In this document: piece after piece, positions 1 to 15,200 of the stretch
How the letters are laid out: the number at the start of each line of letters is the position of its first letter
Numbering within the stretch: position 1 is the stretch's first letter
Assembly (NCBI GenBank): GCA_973851085.1
Contig: OZ316775.1
Span: forward strand, 7,874,001 to 7,938,000
Direction of reading: 5' to 3'
Source of the DNA: Ptychomitrium polyphyllum
Taxonomy: Eukaryota
Length of the DNA stretch: 64,000 nt
Made by a program: the position numbers and the translations under genes
Notes under the pieces: generated by a model
What the model was told of the DNA's origin: nothing
The model's database searches: none
The model's input: the letters and a program-made list of their open reading frames with translations, nothing else

Positions 1-268
1 GATTTGGAATAATCCTATGGCTTCATCTTTGGTCAAAAATTTAATATGGACCTAAAACTTTTCCTTGCAGAAAAAGACCACCTTGAAATTGTGTACTTAA
101 TAAAGTAGTATTTGTAAACTCATAACGGTTGCTTCAGAAAGTAAGGTAGTGACCAAAGATCCTTGGCAAGGTTGACTCTATGGTTGTAAGCTCCGCCTTG
201 TCAACAAAGAAAACACACTGTAAGTGCAGAATTATATATCATTTATCACTGTTACAACATGACAAATT

Positions 269-297
269 GGGGGGGGGAGGGGGGGGAGGGAGGGGGG
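269..297 (+). repeat. G-rich low-complexity tract (four G runs separated by single A)
   Basis: Four runs of 3-9 G read directly; fits a G-quadruplex-type pattern. Confidence 0.6.
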
Positions 298-3200
298 AGA
301 GTTGAAGCATATTGGGATGATTTTAAATGTTTCTAAATGTGTATGTGTACTGTTGAAGTACATGTTGAAATTCAAAGGTCACTCGGTTCCTTGCTACAAT
401 AACCTTGAGAAGCAGCTTGCATCATAATGCTGGCCTTTGTACCTGAATAAAAGCTTGGACAGTCATCCAACATCTCCTGAGATAACCGTCATCTAACTTC
501 AAAGATGATGAAGGCCAGATTCCCTTCCCACCACTCAAGCACAAACACTGTATCCACAGTAATTATCCATGTATTGGAGGCATGAATATTTGTGTTTTCA
601 TCGTTGCACAGATTGAGAAGCTTATTCCATGGGAGAAGGGTAACATTCAAGTTAGTTTTTGAAGCCTAACCTGAAATAGACTTTTACAGTCCAAGGATCT
701 TTGATTGGGACACAACAGTATTCATAATATCTCAGAGATTTGATACTGTATGCAGTACTGTACACTTCTTAGGACACAAAGTTAGCCGATTGAGCTGCGA
801 ATGAAACACACTTTCATTGGGAGCACTTCACTTCCCTGACTAGTTATGATACCATACCACATTTCTGTGTTGAGACTATGAAGGAGTAACTTATGTCAGC
901 TGTGTAAACTCTATCAAATTTACTCCTCCATCCCAGCTGGACTACTGTAGTCTATTGTTTAAGTTTATGACAATTTATGACTTACAGGATTTTCCAACTT
1001 AGAATTTCAAATGATGTCCTGGAATCTGTGAATCCTTAAGATTGACTACAGATTTACATCTGGCATCTGGAATCTTGGAAAGGATAGCAAAATATATGTA
1101 TAAATTATTGCAGGCTCAAATAGTTCTATAAACCAATATTCTATCAATAAGAAAAGGTTCAAAAAGTTATGCTTGAGCAATGACCTTGTAGCCATTTTTA
1201 GAATATAACAGAGGGTTTGACTCAATTCCACCTTACCTAGTTCCTACCTTGAAGATCACTATTCACTGCAAATTCCACACATGGTGCCACAGGCCTTTGG
1301 TATTTTATGAAATTTGGCTTGTTACTGGCTCAATCATATGAAATTATGAAGGGTAAAACAGACAGACTACAGTGCTTGGAAACTTTGGGACAAAACACTA
1401 TAGCCAAAAGATTGACCAACCTGGCCACTACCCAGCTATCTCTAATGATCTCAATTGTGAAGAAACCTTGGCAGCCAAGGCAACACTCGTAAAGACTCCT
1501 GCACATCTTTGCAGGTGCTGAATATTCAAAATGAAAAGGAGCCATGATCCCTTTGATATGGAAAAGAGAAAGAGACTCTAAACACTTGGTTCTTCTTTAA
1601 CTAAAGATAAGGGATAGAATGCTTCTTGATAGGAGCTTACAATTTTAGTAAATGGGGGACGATGGGATCACTAAACCTGTGGCTAAGCACAGACCAAACA
1701 TATGATGGTGATGCCACTACTACTTCCCTAACTCTAACTCCGCTGCCTGCCATCTTATTTTACTCAATCATATTCAAGACTAAGCATTCAATCTCATCCT
1801 GGCACAGCCTTGGTATAGGGTCAAAATGCTATTTCAAACATACAGGCACTTGTCACCTTCAACACCAAAAATGAGATTTTACACAACCTTTGGCACTAAA
1901 AATGTCTTTTGCCCCTGCCTATATCCTGCCTATATCAGTTATATATAAGCATTCAGAGTAACCAGCAGTTCCCATTGGAGGAGCACTGAGCTCAACAATG
2001 CTCTCACAGGAGTACACAAACCAAGAGAGCTTACCATAAGCATCTGTCATGGAAGATGCCTTTTTCCTCCAATTCTTAAGTACCAGCAATTCAAATATAT
2101 GGCATTTTGTGATCCAATCCCCCAGCTTTCTACTACTTTCTTCCTCCAGCTTTGAGGCGACTGCAGACTGGTTTCACAAAGGAAGGCAGTAGAGCTGGAC
2201 ATATGAAAAGCCGTCTGTACAAAAATGATCTTGCCTTTAATGAAAAAAGGATAACAGAAAGTTCATCCTCTTATTTCAGAATAAGTAAAACTGCCATCCT
2301 CTCAGTGGTATTTTACAAGGGACGTTCTAAATGATACTTCATAATGTAGATTTTTGTAACCAGTAGAAAAGCTTTCTTAGTGCATATTACAGATGTTGCA
2401 CCGTTGAAGGATTAGAGCTGAAATCTACAAGAGTATAACATGTTGTGATATTCACTTTCTGAGAACTTTACCTCCAATATATCAATGCATATTTCTATCA
2501 ATGCAAATTCCACAATAAATATACAACGATTGCCATAATTATATAAGTTACAACTTTGCTACACTTGCATTTGCATACTTTCATCATTAGCATGCATAAA
2601 TAGAATGTAGAAAAATGGACATGAATTGAGATTTCAATTAACATGAATTAAGATTTCAATTATGATTTCAATTATGATTTGAACAACGGAGGTCTACATA
2701 AAATAAGGAACCACGGTTGGAACATCCTACCATTCAAAGTCTACATGTTCAAATTTAACATGAAAAATATTATAGACTGGTAAGCTTTACACCTCGCTTT
2801 TATGAACCTTTCACATTGGCTTTTATGAGCCAATATGAAATTACTCTAAATATGGATTTTCAACCTTTGATTATGAATGGTGGCAGCCTTGAAGAAAGAC
2901 TAATGTATCTACAATGGAAATGAAAAAATCCTTTTCATATTAATTCTATTTTAATGTGAAATTTCAAGGTACAACTTTACCATCACCAAACTACGCCATG
3001 CATATTATTAATGTTTTTTTGAAACCATTCAAGGTGTTTATCAACATTTGAAGACACAACCCCATGTTTTAAATTCACTGTTCCTATAGAAGAGTATGTA
3101 ATAGTTTATCAATATAAAGAATCAAGCATAACTTTGAAAATATAAATGAGATTTTGTAGGAAGCTATAATTCTTTTCTAGGTGTGTATGAACAACCAATG

Positions 3201-4023
3201 GTGTAATATATGTATTGTACATGGACTATCATTAGCTAAATTTTATTGATATGCCTTCATATTATACCAAAAGCGTGTCATACTCTAAGTTGGCTTTAAG
3301 ATAAGAACTTCTACATCTTCTCCATTTGCAAAGAGAGAAGAAATTTAGCAATATAATTAGTCAAGATTTCCAAGTTTTCTGTAGGATTTTATACCTTGTC
3401 TTGTCACTTATGAAAGAAGCAATTTGAAATAAATAAAACAATGAATTGGCCGCCTACATGGCAACAATTATTGAATTTTTTTTCTAATTGACCATTTTTG
3501 GGAGTGCTTTTAGAATAGCAATTTAAGAGTTGGTTTCAAAGAGAATATTTTTCCATGTTCATTATTTAAATATCTTCTTGCCTTCTCTTGTTGAACATTT
3601 CCTAAAATATCCATGTTTAGAATTATATTCTTTTGCTTTCTTTGTTGTCTATGGAAGAAAGTGTAAAGTGATCTAAAATACCATGGATATTGTTTACGAT
3701 TTCCAATATGACATTTTTTAATTTTTTAATTATAAGTTACATAATGCCAACATCCTTTGATATAATAGATTTAAAAAATACAAAAAAAAATTATAATGAA
3801 ATTACTTCAAAACTACACAATGATTTGGTTACGCTTATCACCAAGACAATATGACTTAATGGTTCCAAAATGGTTAATTTACATAGGAATCAAAGCACTA
3901 TGACATCAACAAAAAATTCAAAGATCCTAATATAATGTAAATCATTGTGAATTTATAAACTTATAATTGATACCATGTGTTTATAAACTCACAGCCAACA
4001 ATGTGTGTTTTAAGAATGAAATC

Positions 4024-4123
4024 NNNNNNNNNNNNNNNNNNNNNNNNNNNNNNNNNNNNNNNNNNNNNNNNNNNNNNNNNNNNNNNNNNNNNNNNNNNNN
4101 NNNNNNNNNNNNNNNNNNNNNNN
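4024..4123. other. Assembly gap (100 N)
   Basis: Run of exactly 100 Ns, typical of a scaffolding placeholder. Confidence 0.99.
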
Positions 4124-7100
4124 AATTTACGTTATAAATTTGGCTTGTAAAATAATAAACTATTATGAAAGTTTTTGAATTGGGTTTTTTATATATGAAT
4201 TGTCATGTATATAAATATATATAAGAGTTTCCTACAAATGCCTCATAGTTTCTAAATAGTGTATGCAAGCTCATATTTATTTATTTTAAAGATCATTTAA
4301 ACAATATTCAATTCATATTTTAAAGTTTTCATTTTTTGTGAAAAAAATAAAAATAATTTGCTGATATTCAATGAACAAGTTTTATAAATTTGAATTGCCA
4401 TATAGTCTATAGTAATAGCCTTAGAAGTAATAACAAATGATTCTATCAAGTCAAATGGAAGGTGTTATTAGTTGGAAACTAACAAACTAATGACAAATTT
4501 TTTTGTCATACAATATTGAATTCAATATAGAAGATTACTAAATATTTCATATACAATTTATAAAGTCATTAAGCATATTTGTAGTAATTTGCAAATAATA
4601 GCAATATTAGGCCTTTGTAATATATGACTAGTATCTAAACTAGAAAATATATGAATACAATAGAATTTTTATTTACATCAAGAAATGCTTTTAAATTACC
4701 TTGGTACTTTTTCCCAGGAATTATGATGTCTTTATGAAAAAATCCCTTTTAGCATCAAAAGACAATTTTACATGTTCTTTCCTAAATACATCCTTTTTAG
4801 AAGAATGTTAAACTTTTCATGGTTCATTCACTTTGTCTTTGAAGATGCCTTCTTTAGACTCTCTCCTCCATTTATCAAAAACACATATTGCAGTCCAACG
4901 TAGCTTTTATTGATTATTATACACCTCTTGAGGTACAAATCATTGAAAACTACTTGCCAACATCAACTATAGCATAACTCCATCTCATTTGTAACACAAA
5001 ATACTCTCACCCTTCATATATTGTAGTCAAAATTTCCACACTCCATATCTATAACTCCATATAAACTCTATAACACTACATAAATTCTACAATACTTTCT
5101 TCATCACATAACACAAGGTTGGCAAATGATTCTCTGTCTCTATGCATTTGGTCACAATCTCCATATATACTAGAACTTATGAAGACTTTTCTAACATTAT
5201 TCCCATTATTTTGTTTTATTTTAAGTAAAAAATCAATGAAATTCATCTTAAGGTTTATCACTAAGTGAATTTTAACCTCGTTGTCTACCATAAGTCAAGG
5301 CTTTTATCAACATATTCAATACAAATATCTTGAGAGCTACAAAATAAATCCAACTCAATATTGTCGTATTGGATGAACTCCACCACCTCATCATCTCAAG
5401 TGGCCGTGAGTGGCCGTGAGATGACCAACATCTCAGGAACTAACACACCCATGTTACTGGCCACTGGGTGCTCCTCCGCAACACCTCATGCCATTGAACC
5501 GCATCCAGGTGTCCTCAAATCTTATTCTGGTGATTTTGGGTGACTTTGAACTCCCTAAGACAGAAACTCCAGATAACAGTGACCAGAGCCATAATTCACT
5601 AAAATATTGGCAGGTACGAAATTTCCATGTAGAATTTCCTGCCATCTAACATATGGGCAACTGTAGAGATGCTATGTTTTCAGAGTTTGCTCAATTCAGG
5701 GAGTGCCTACCATACCCCATTTCCAGAAAGCGGAGTTCAAGAATGAGAAGAAGAATTGAATCTTCAGCATTCAAGCAGGCGCAACTTTTTCTTACGTGCA
5801 TGTAGTGCATGAGAACAGGTGCTGATGATTGATACCAGGGACCCTGCCACAGTCAAACAAATAAAATACTGCGAAAAGAACAGCTTTCCTTTGAGTTGAC
5901 CCAAGGAAGACCTGAAGGTCAAGAAGTCCCTCAAAGTGTCCAAAACTGCTAACATCTAGGAGATATTTGTTGAAGGTTCAAAGTCTCAAACACACCTTGA
6001 ACTCCATACTGTGGCTTGAATCGGGCCAGCTTTTAGGGACGCTTCTGTTCATATTTTTGCGTGTGGCATGAATTTTGCAACTGTATGCACAAAATTTTGA
6101 ATCAATCGCTTGACAGTTGAAGCACTCGAATGTTGGTATCAGAAAATGTTTTAAAATGTCTCTTTGTTACAAGTTATTTTTGTTCTTTTGTTCTTAGGTT
6201 GCTCTCCAAGAAATTGAGCACTTTGGTGTATGAACAATCTACCAACAGTGGAAAGTGGTCACAGCAGCACCACAGGGTTTTGGTCCATTATACCAATTAT
6301 TGCCATTACTGTGAAACCCTTTATTAATGCAAGATTTTACATGATATCCACTAGGAACTAGTATTGTAATGTATTTCTGAAATAACTGATGAGCCTGGCA
6401 ACTAAGGGCTACTAATTTATTTTATTTAATAATATATGTTCATATGAAATGTGGGAAGGTGTACAAATTCAGTCCTTTAGTAGCACAATTTAATTGGAAA
6501 ATCAAAGTCTCACCTTGACTCATGATCCATTAGTATCAAATCCACCTAATCTTAATAAGAAAGGTGGTATTGCTTGAGAGATATTTAACAAGGATAATTA
6601 ACAAGATTTGTGTGATGGAGCAAAAGGCACCTGTACATTGCATCAAGAATTTTGCAAGTGTCTTACAGTTTTGTCCTACAATTGTAAGTGTCCAATAAGT
6701 GTCATAATTTAGAAGAAATTGGCTACCGCTTCTTGGTGCATAGATATACAAGGACATTGCCAACATTGTTTCATTGTTGTGTTGAGTTTGAGAACAATTC
6801 CATTTGGGATTATTGTCCATTAATACAATATGAATATTGATTAGATCATCACTTGAGGTAGTTTCACATAGGTTGAAGTTAATATTGAAGTAAGGAGATA
6901 TTTGGATCATTAGATTTTTAGCTTGATTGGACTGGTGTTAATTTAAGATTTGGAAAAAATAGTTGGTGAAATGGTCATAGGTTGATATATTTTTACTTTT
7001 TATTTATTTTAGATGCTTATAAAATTGGAAAAGGGCAAAAATAATGGTTGATTAAATTTTCTATATTTATAAGTAGATTATGTATTTGTAATAATAATTG

Positions 7101-7459
7101 AAATAAAAATTTTCTTAGATGAAGTTTATAGGTGGAATATTAAAAGATGTAAAAAAAAAACATTACATACTTTAATATCCTATAATAATACACCTTGATT
7201 ATAAAAATGGTTATTTTCTTTCTTTTTTGTTTTTTTTGACAAGTGGAAAGACAAATTTTTGGCAACTATAGAAAATTATCTAAAAGTTGTCTAAGAATTT
7301 CACATAGACTGAAGATAAAAGATGTCAACTCGTAGATAATATTTGGCTTGTTTGATTATCAAAACATCACCATAACATTGATTTTTGCAAAATCAAGTTT
7401 ACTAATGCTTTTAAAAAGACTCTTTCTTCTAGTTTTTTCTTATATATGGTGGTATAATT

Positions 7460-9400
7460 GTGTTAGAAGTTCTAGACATCTTTTAGATAAAACCATCAGT
7501 AGAAAGACAGGATGGAATACAATTCTTTTTATATTTCTAATATTCTATTTATCCTTACCTTCAAGCAACAAAATGCCATCAGATAATACATCCATTTCAT
7601 ACAAAATCAAATAACTTGCCTTGACATTAAGTATTCTAAGTACTTCATGTTGTAAGTACATATAATTTCCTTAGAAGATTCTTTGCAAATGAGATCAATA
7701 AGCTCTATAGAAAATACAACATGAAAAAAAATACTACAATCCTTGGCAATTAATAAGGTTCCAATCACAATGGTATTCATGATGTAATCCATCTTTTTGC
7801 ACAACATCCTTGGCTTACTACATAAACCTACTAACCTAAGCCATCCTCTTCAAAATGATGCAATGATTTGTAAAGGCCTTAATAAGCACATCTTCACAAG
7901 AGCCAAATAACAATTTCTTTGGCTTGCCAACAACTAAATAAATGCTTTTACAAACTTCTTAATGAACTACAAAAGATACACAATTTGTGTGAAAAATGAA
8001 AGAGATTTGGATCCAAAATAAAAACAAAAACAAAATAATAATGAAAAGAAAAATTAACTAGAGTCTTATAAATTCTATTGCTATAGACACAATATTTTGC
8101 ACGTAGTGGGTGCAAGGTTCTATTAACAATAAGTGCCAATCTTGCCACCTTAAATCAAGTAATACTACAAATATATATTAGAAGTTATGAAAATTACCAA
8201 GATAGTCTAGAGATGACTATGAAGGATCTTAGAAGTTCTAGACATCTTTAGAAAGTTATCAAAGAAGTTACTTTGATTTTAAAATGTTCCAACAAGTCAA
8301 AGAAGCAAATTGAGGTTATTGGAATATAAAGCATTGTACTCATAACCTCTTAAAATGCTCCCAAAAGATTTTGAATCTATAATATATATAGGAATTAAGG
8401 CTAAAAAGATTTATAGTCTTGACAACAAATTCCTTATGGTCTAACTCAAATCTTTGGCCTTGTATTCCATTGTGGTTTCTGGTCCTTGATATAAAATCTA
8501 GTTACTTCATCCGTCTGCCTTGAGTCCTTGTTTTGTATTTCTATCTTGTAAAATTAGCCTAACATCATTTATGGAATGTGTCAACAAAATGTAAACTAAG
8601 TGTAATATTAAAGGAGGCAACACCGTAAATTGATTACAACTTATGCAAAAACTACAACAAAGAGTTTTGTTGAAAACATTCACTAACTTGATTTGGCAAA
8701 GATATGCCAAGTCAAAGAAGCTTGTCCACCTTATTCGTCTTCTTTCTTTTCTAAAATAAAAATGAACCATAATTAACAATAGTGAAGCCAACAAATATGA
8801 AGATTATACTAATTGGATGATAATTGCCTAAACCAAAGTACTCAACATTCATATGAAGTGGCTTGGCAAGGGGTGCCACATTCTGTAATAATAACATAGT
8901 TTAACTCAAGATTAGTATATTCTAAAAATAATTTAGATTTGGAGTCAAGGCAAAATTATCCTTTGATACATTTTCTAAGCCATCTTTTCTTCCATAATTC
9001 ACCATTTATAGGCCAAGATAGCTCCAAGTTGAAAAGTAAGCTTCCATTATCAATCAAATCAAACCTTCAAAACACTAATACCACTTTCTTGGCCAAACCA
9101 TCTTATGCTCAAATTCTTTTCAAGATTTAACGATATCTGATTCAAATTGCATGACAATGCTGGTTTTCAATAAAAAGTATTTGAAGCTCCCACCAAATTA
9201 TATTGAATTTTATTTAGCAACTTGGTATGCAAATTCCCCCAAGCTTTAGTAGAACAAAGTTTTGCCAAGAGAATAATACCTTTGTAGGAGAGAGTCACAT
9301 TCTCTTAGGAAGGTGTTTAGAGAAGCCACTGAACAATTTCATAAGTTTTCATAAGGTTATGAGCAAGTTATCAAGCTTCATCTGAAGTTTACAATTCAGC
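7460..9400. mobile_element. Highly degenerate LTR-retrotransposon debris (tentative)
   Basis: TTAGAAGTTCTAGACATCTTT occurs at about 7463 and about 8229. TCTAGA/AGAAG-rich stretches resemble the LTR style at 50258. AT-rich with no intact ORFs. Confidence 0.3.
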
Positions 9401-12240
9401 AAAGTCACATGCGGTTTCATCAAATTAGCTATCAATTTGGCTCTAATAACTGGCAGAAGCTCAGCAGTTATACATTGATGAAGAAGCCTTCAGACTGACA
9501 GGGCTGCCACAGCAAAAGGACGTCATGGAAGGAAGGGGCTATGATACAAAACACAGGTGAAGTACAGATTAACTGTAACCAAGTACCAATGACATTCTGG
9601 AACCAGAATGCAGTATCTGGACGGCAGGTTTAATTTGGTTTGAAATTTAGGCAAAATCAAGTGAATATGCATATGTAGATGTAAATATACATATTTATTG
9701 TGACTTTAGGTTTTATTTGTGAATAAATTTGAAATTTATAAATATCTTGTTTATGGAAATGATTTTGAATGAAATGTGCTTCTGCATTGAATCTGGATAT
9801 GTGCAAACTTTTTGCACATATGACCTCATGCATGTAAGCACCTACATTCAAAACTTTTGAGAATCTTTCATCAACTAAGCCATTTTATATATACATGTGA
9901 ACTGAAGCACACCAAACTTACTGTGCTGATGGTAAGTGGACTGGAGCATCTCAGATCATGAATAAATAGCAATGAGAACATCATTTCTAGCAATTGGAGA
10001 ATGTATCAATTAAAGCTGTTGCCATTTGAAGTAAGATGAAGATACTATTTCCAAAACTAGCTGGTATGCATTCTCTAACTGCTTCATGTCACAATACAAC
10101 CTTACTCTGTTGCCTGTGATATCATATTCCTGGCCTGTGGTACTCAAGAAATCAGCACAGAGGCATGACATACATTCTGACTATCTGCCCTCTCATTTCT
10201 CAAGGGCTCACAATACTCATGGATGCAAAGGAGTCCATCTGGACAAAGCCCTGCTACTCAACTTTGAAGGTATAGCAGATTTCATGATAAATTTAAAGCT
10301 TCAATGTAAACACCAGTTCCACTTATGTTGGCTCCAGCAGACTGTTGTTGATCATTGATTATTCCTTGGTTGCTTTGTTTATGATTACGGGTATGATAGT
10401 GCAATGTGACCACCTTGGCGCACATCAGGTGGCAAACATTCCCATTGTACCTCATCAAGCTTGTGAATAGAGTTGTTAAAACCAGCCTGTCAAACGAGAC
10501 TATTCATCATCACCTCCCAATACTGAGTATACACAATGGCCAAACCCATTTGGGACTCAAACGAGGACAACATTGGAGTCCCAAGTACTTATGTGAAAGC
10601 CATTGATGGATACCCCATGGCCACGGTTGGGCTTTGCCAAAAGTGCAAGTCTGACTTCATCCCTCAAGTACTCATGAGGAGGGCATGTCTTTGACCACCA
10701 ATTAAACCATTAATGCATGAAATCAAAACCAGATCCCATTCTAATTTCTAAGCTTTACTTTGGAACTGATACATCAAATTTTAGTCACCCTGTCAATACT
10801 GAAGCAACTAAATTAGATCTTAGGATATATCAGACAAGCTAAAAAACTGTCAAGTTTTTGCCAGCCAGTCAATAACATGAACAAGAGAAAAAAAGCTAAT
10901 AACAATATTCAACCATGTTGCTGGCTGGTGCGAGCAATCAGGCTACAGACCAAGTGAAGGTTTCTACCAGAGCTGGGTAGAATTGGTCATTTTGTTGGTT
11001 GTCTCCCTTGTCATTGAGGTAGAGGTATTGCAAACTCTAGAAGTAATAAAACACACTTTCAAGTACAAAAATCTAGGAGCAGTATGGATAATACTAACTT
11101 GATTATGAAATCTGTATTGCCAAACCTGAACCATTTTTCTTGAAGAGACAGATTGATACTACAGTATTCATGTGAAACTGGCCATAAGTCTAGTACAGTA
11201 CTGAGGTTTTGCAGCTAAACATGGCATCCATAACTTCTTCGTCAGGTATACAGTGGATGAACTTATTTCATAGCTCAATTCAAAGAAGGATTACAAATAA
11301 ACTCCAAAATCAGATTCGCTTGAGTATCCATATCACTAAACCCGTGCATAGGACCAGCAGTCTGTTTGATGAACACCAAGTGGTTGCCTCACATTACTAG
11401 CATGAGAGAATCTCCATATTGAGCTCAAATATTAGAACATTGCAAACATATAAGATACTGTGAGCACTGTATCTGATAAGGATGCATTATAAACGTGGAA
11501 ATGTACATATACTTGGAAAATCTAACTCACACAAGAACCCCTTCTGTAGATTACAGTACCTTGTGAAGTCTAGTTTGTCATGTACCACATTTCGTGCCCA
11601 ATGGGACATCAACCAAGCAGATGTGGGAGAAGAGAGTCAATAGACCATTTTCCCTAGAGAGACATCTACCTGCTTCGTAGCATAGCAGGACGGTTACTCA
11701 GCTACTTGCCACACGAATGCTAATCTTCTGCTCTATATTAGACAGCACTAGAATCAAGGCAACAACCTACAGCTAACATGTTTGACAAACTGCAAATATC
11801 TAAGAGTCAGCACTCGTGTGCTACTAGGCTTCCTTGCCATGTCGAACCACCATAGATATTGCCAATAGGTTACACCTGCAATTTTCATTAACGAAGAAAG
11901 AAACCTGACTAAATGCATGACTTGATTAAACAAAATCAGTGTCCTCATGAGGAGCTTAGAAAATAAAGGTCCAGTCCTGCTTCAGATGATCAAATTCATA
12001 GAGGACCTACTCCTAGTCAGAGGTCCAGAATTCACCTACGAGGAAGACAGCTGCATATGAAAATGAATATGGAACAAGTCGTGTAAGATTACTATCATAA
12101 CCAGTAAAAGTTACAAGACATAAAAAAACGAATCTGTGTTGTCTTTCAAATATAGCGAGCATCGGCATTCATAATGCCTTCACGAAGTACAGAAAATCTG
12201 GCAAATGCAACTTCTGCAGACATGGGAGCAAGAACTGATC

Positions 12241-15200
12241 TCACGCCAATTCTAGTACCCAATCAAATTTATCCTTGGATACACCCATTTGTATGGATGT
12301 TAGAGCTTCATAAAGCTCCTGTGACACTGCTCCAATGCCTCCAGCATTGTATTGTACCCTGTAGAATGAGATGGAGGAGAACAATATATTTTACCGACAC
12401 GAAAATGAATTGTTAGCAAAACGACTTACAAAGCCAGAAACATGCAGTATCCGGACTCTGCATGTACAAGAAAGCAACAGGAAAATACAAATACTAGGCA
12501 TACGTCGCCAGTAAGGTAGATAACCACAAAATTCGGCAACAGTAAAATTACCTGCTTGTGCCATGTGTGATAGTTCCCACGGAGTTTAAAACCACAGCCG
12601 TTCCAGTGCAAAACACCTCATCAGCAGCTAGTAGCTCATTCACAGCCACTGGTCTCTCAAGCACCTGCTAAGATTCAAATTTAAGTTTTATGATTTAAGA
12701 AAAATGTGAAGAGCTTTCCGCCTTTGAGCAACCTATATGATTGACAATCTACAATAAAGGATTGTGATTCAGTTGCCATGCGGTGGATGGAAGTTATTGA
12801 ATTGTATAATCGTGCATGCATGCTACATTAGTCACGATACTATCCCCTTCTTCAAGCCAATACTTCATAACCACGACTGCGAGCTAATTGGATAATGCTC
12901 TTTCTTGTAATACCAGGAAGAATTGTCCCAGCCAGTTCTGAAGTGGAAATCACGTTGTCCTGCAAAACATGGATAATACCTTCAGCCAATAATTTCCTCC
13001 AAATCTACGCTCTACTAGAAACGCTTGACTATGATATTGCATTAATTTCAAATAATTAACACGGCTACCTGAGCCGGTCAAATGACCTACCACTATAACG
13101 TTCACACTATTGCTTATGCATATTCTGGAAAAAATATAGAGCATAAACTGATGAACTCACGGACCTTAACCATGAATATATTGCATGATGAGACCTCTTG
13201 GACATATTTGTTCTCCACTGCGTCAAGATACACGACATCAGAGTAGCCTTTGCTTTTAGCTGTCAATTGAGGCTTGAGGACCTGCATTCACCGTGGATAT
13301 GTTCAAATGAAAAACGCGAAACATTTATCTTTTGCCCATCCAGAATGTATGAATCAGCTCAATTAAAGAGACATCAACCCCAAATTTTACACACAACCGC
13401 ATGCAAATTAAAGGAATCCAGTTCAACTTACTGGAGCATAATTGGAGATGGTTTTCACTCCCCCAGTTCCACCAGGTGCAGCACGATGAATTTGAGTCTC
13501 AACTTTCAAATGAATTGGAAGTAATTCCCCCTTTCGCATATGCATGAGCCAAGTCGATGCTGGTGAGAGAAGAGTAGCTTTCTTCCAAAACTAAACTTTT
13601 GAAGAACTAAACAAACCACAAAAATAAACATAACAAACTACCCAAGATGACATATAAAGAGTTGTTGAGTCAGTATGATTAAATACGCTTCTTTCCGATA
13701 CTAAAATGTCAATGCATGTCAATCGCGATATGCAGATTGTATAATCTTCTCAACCATTCAGGGTAAGGAAGCAGATAACTCTAGATTACTAACCTTAAAA
13801 TAAGCTCCGACAGGAGATACATAGATCAGAAAGGTATACTCTGGTGCAGGCGCTAAGCTCAAAATAGGACCAGTGCCAATAAGCAAGGGGCGAATGTAAA
13901 GTGACCCCTTGGCAGACGGGGAATCTGTCCGAATATTCAAACTCAATAAGTTAAGATTGAATTAGATTTTCTATATCTTGCAACGAGAAAGAGATCACAA
14001 TGAAAAATGTACTCGTTAATAATTATTTGCAGTTGAATCTGCCAATTTTTTTCCTCAAATTTTTTTTCCACAAACACAATCAAATTCCAGGAAGCGCACG
14101 TTTATGTTCTGCAGCATCAACCAGAGCAGAAACTTACCCAAGGTTTGTTCGCCAAAACAGTTTGCTTAACAGCATTGACAAACGTGTCAACATCTGGAGC
14201 AGGCATGCTCATTCGCTCAACCCCGTAAACCATTCGCAAAGCATTCTCCTCTGGACGGAACATTAGTATGCGATCATCAGCTGTCCTGTAAGCCTTCAGA
14301 CCTTCAAACACACCCTATTTCCACTCACCATATTATATTTAAGAACGAATTATCGTGAGGTCAGGCATTGCATACTCATACAACACAAATGTACTGTCCT
14401 CAGCGAAAAACAGTTAAGAATTGACATAGACAAACCTTTTCATGCTCAACCGACCTGTCCATAATTCAATACTCCAGCAGATGGACTAAGTTTCAAATTT
14501 CCATATGGTTGTAGCTCCCCCTTTTGCCAATTGCCCTCAAGATCGCCTTTCATAACATACATGAAATCAGTTGGACGCAGACCAAATCCAAAGTTGTCCC
14601 AGTCGATCCCTTCCAGTGTGTCCAAATCGCTGCCATGCAATTCCACAAACCCAAAATATTAACATTTACGTCCACAAATAGTTGAATGAAGTGCATTAAA
14701 CTATCCATTAAAGGTGGAATAGTCATGCCACTATTTCGGGGTCCTTTGCAAGTGAGCACGCAGTTCTAGCCCGAGCAACATATAATCATTGAACCCCTCG
14801 AATGTCTAAATTCATTCCGATGAATCTAGCATTGCTTTCGAATTCAAGAAAACAGTGCTTCGACAGAAGTTCTAGTTCAAGAATAAGTAAGAACCAAGGT
14901 TTACAACACGTACCTGGTTTGGTTGAGAGCGTGTGCTACTGCATTCAGTTGCTGTGCTTTGGACCCTCGTACATGGGATGTTACGTTTTGCGACACCAAG
15001 GAGCCGCACTCGTCTTCTGCCTGCAAGCAAGAATCCCAGACCGATGTCAATTGCTGCCTCAACAACCCAAATAGAGGCATGAACAACGCTCAAGAATGGG
15101 CCTCCACTCCAATACAAAAAACGCTCTTTCACAACTAACTAATATACCACCCTTGACCAAAAGACTTGTTCCCCAAGTTTGCTAGACGTACTCATTTCTT

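Noticed and set aside
2400..7400. AT-rich region as a specific DNA transposon or Helitron
   Set aside because: No termini, TSD or recognisable transposase motifs could be identified, and the region is interrupted by an assembly gap.
12581..12941. Pro-to-Ser codons in BCAT (and SRP19) as possible U-to-C RNA editing sites
   Set aside because: Such editing is organellar. These are spliceosomal nuclear genes, so ordinary C-to-T mutation is the simpler explanation.
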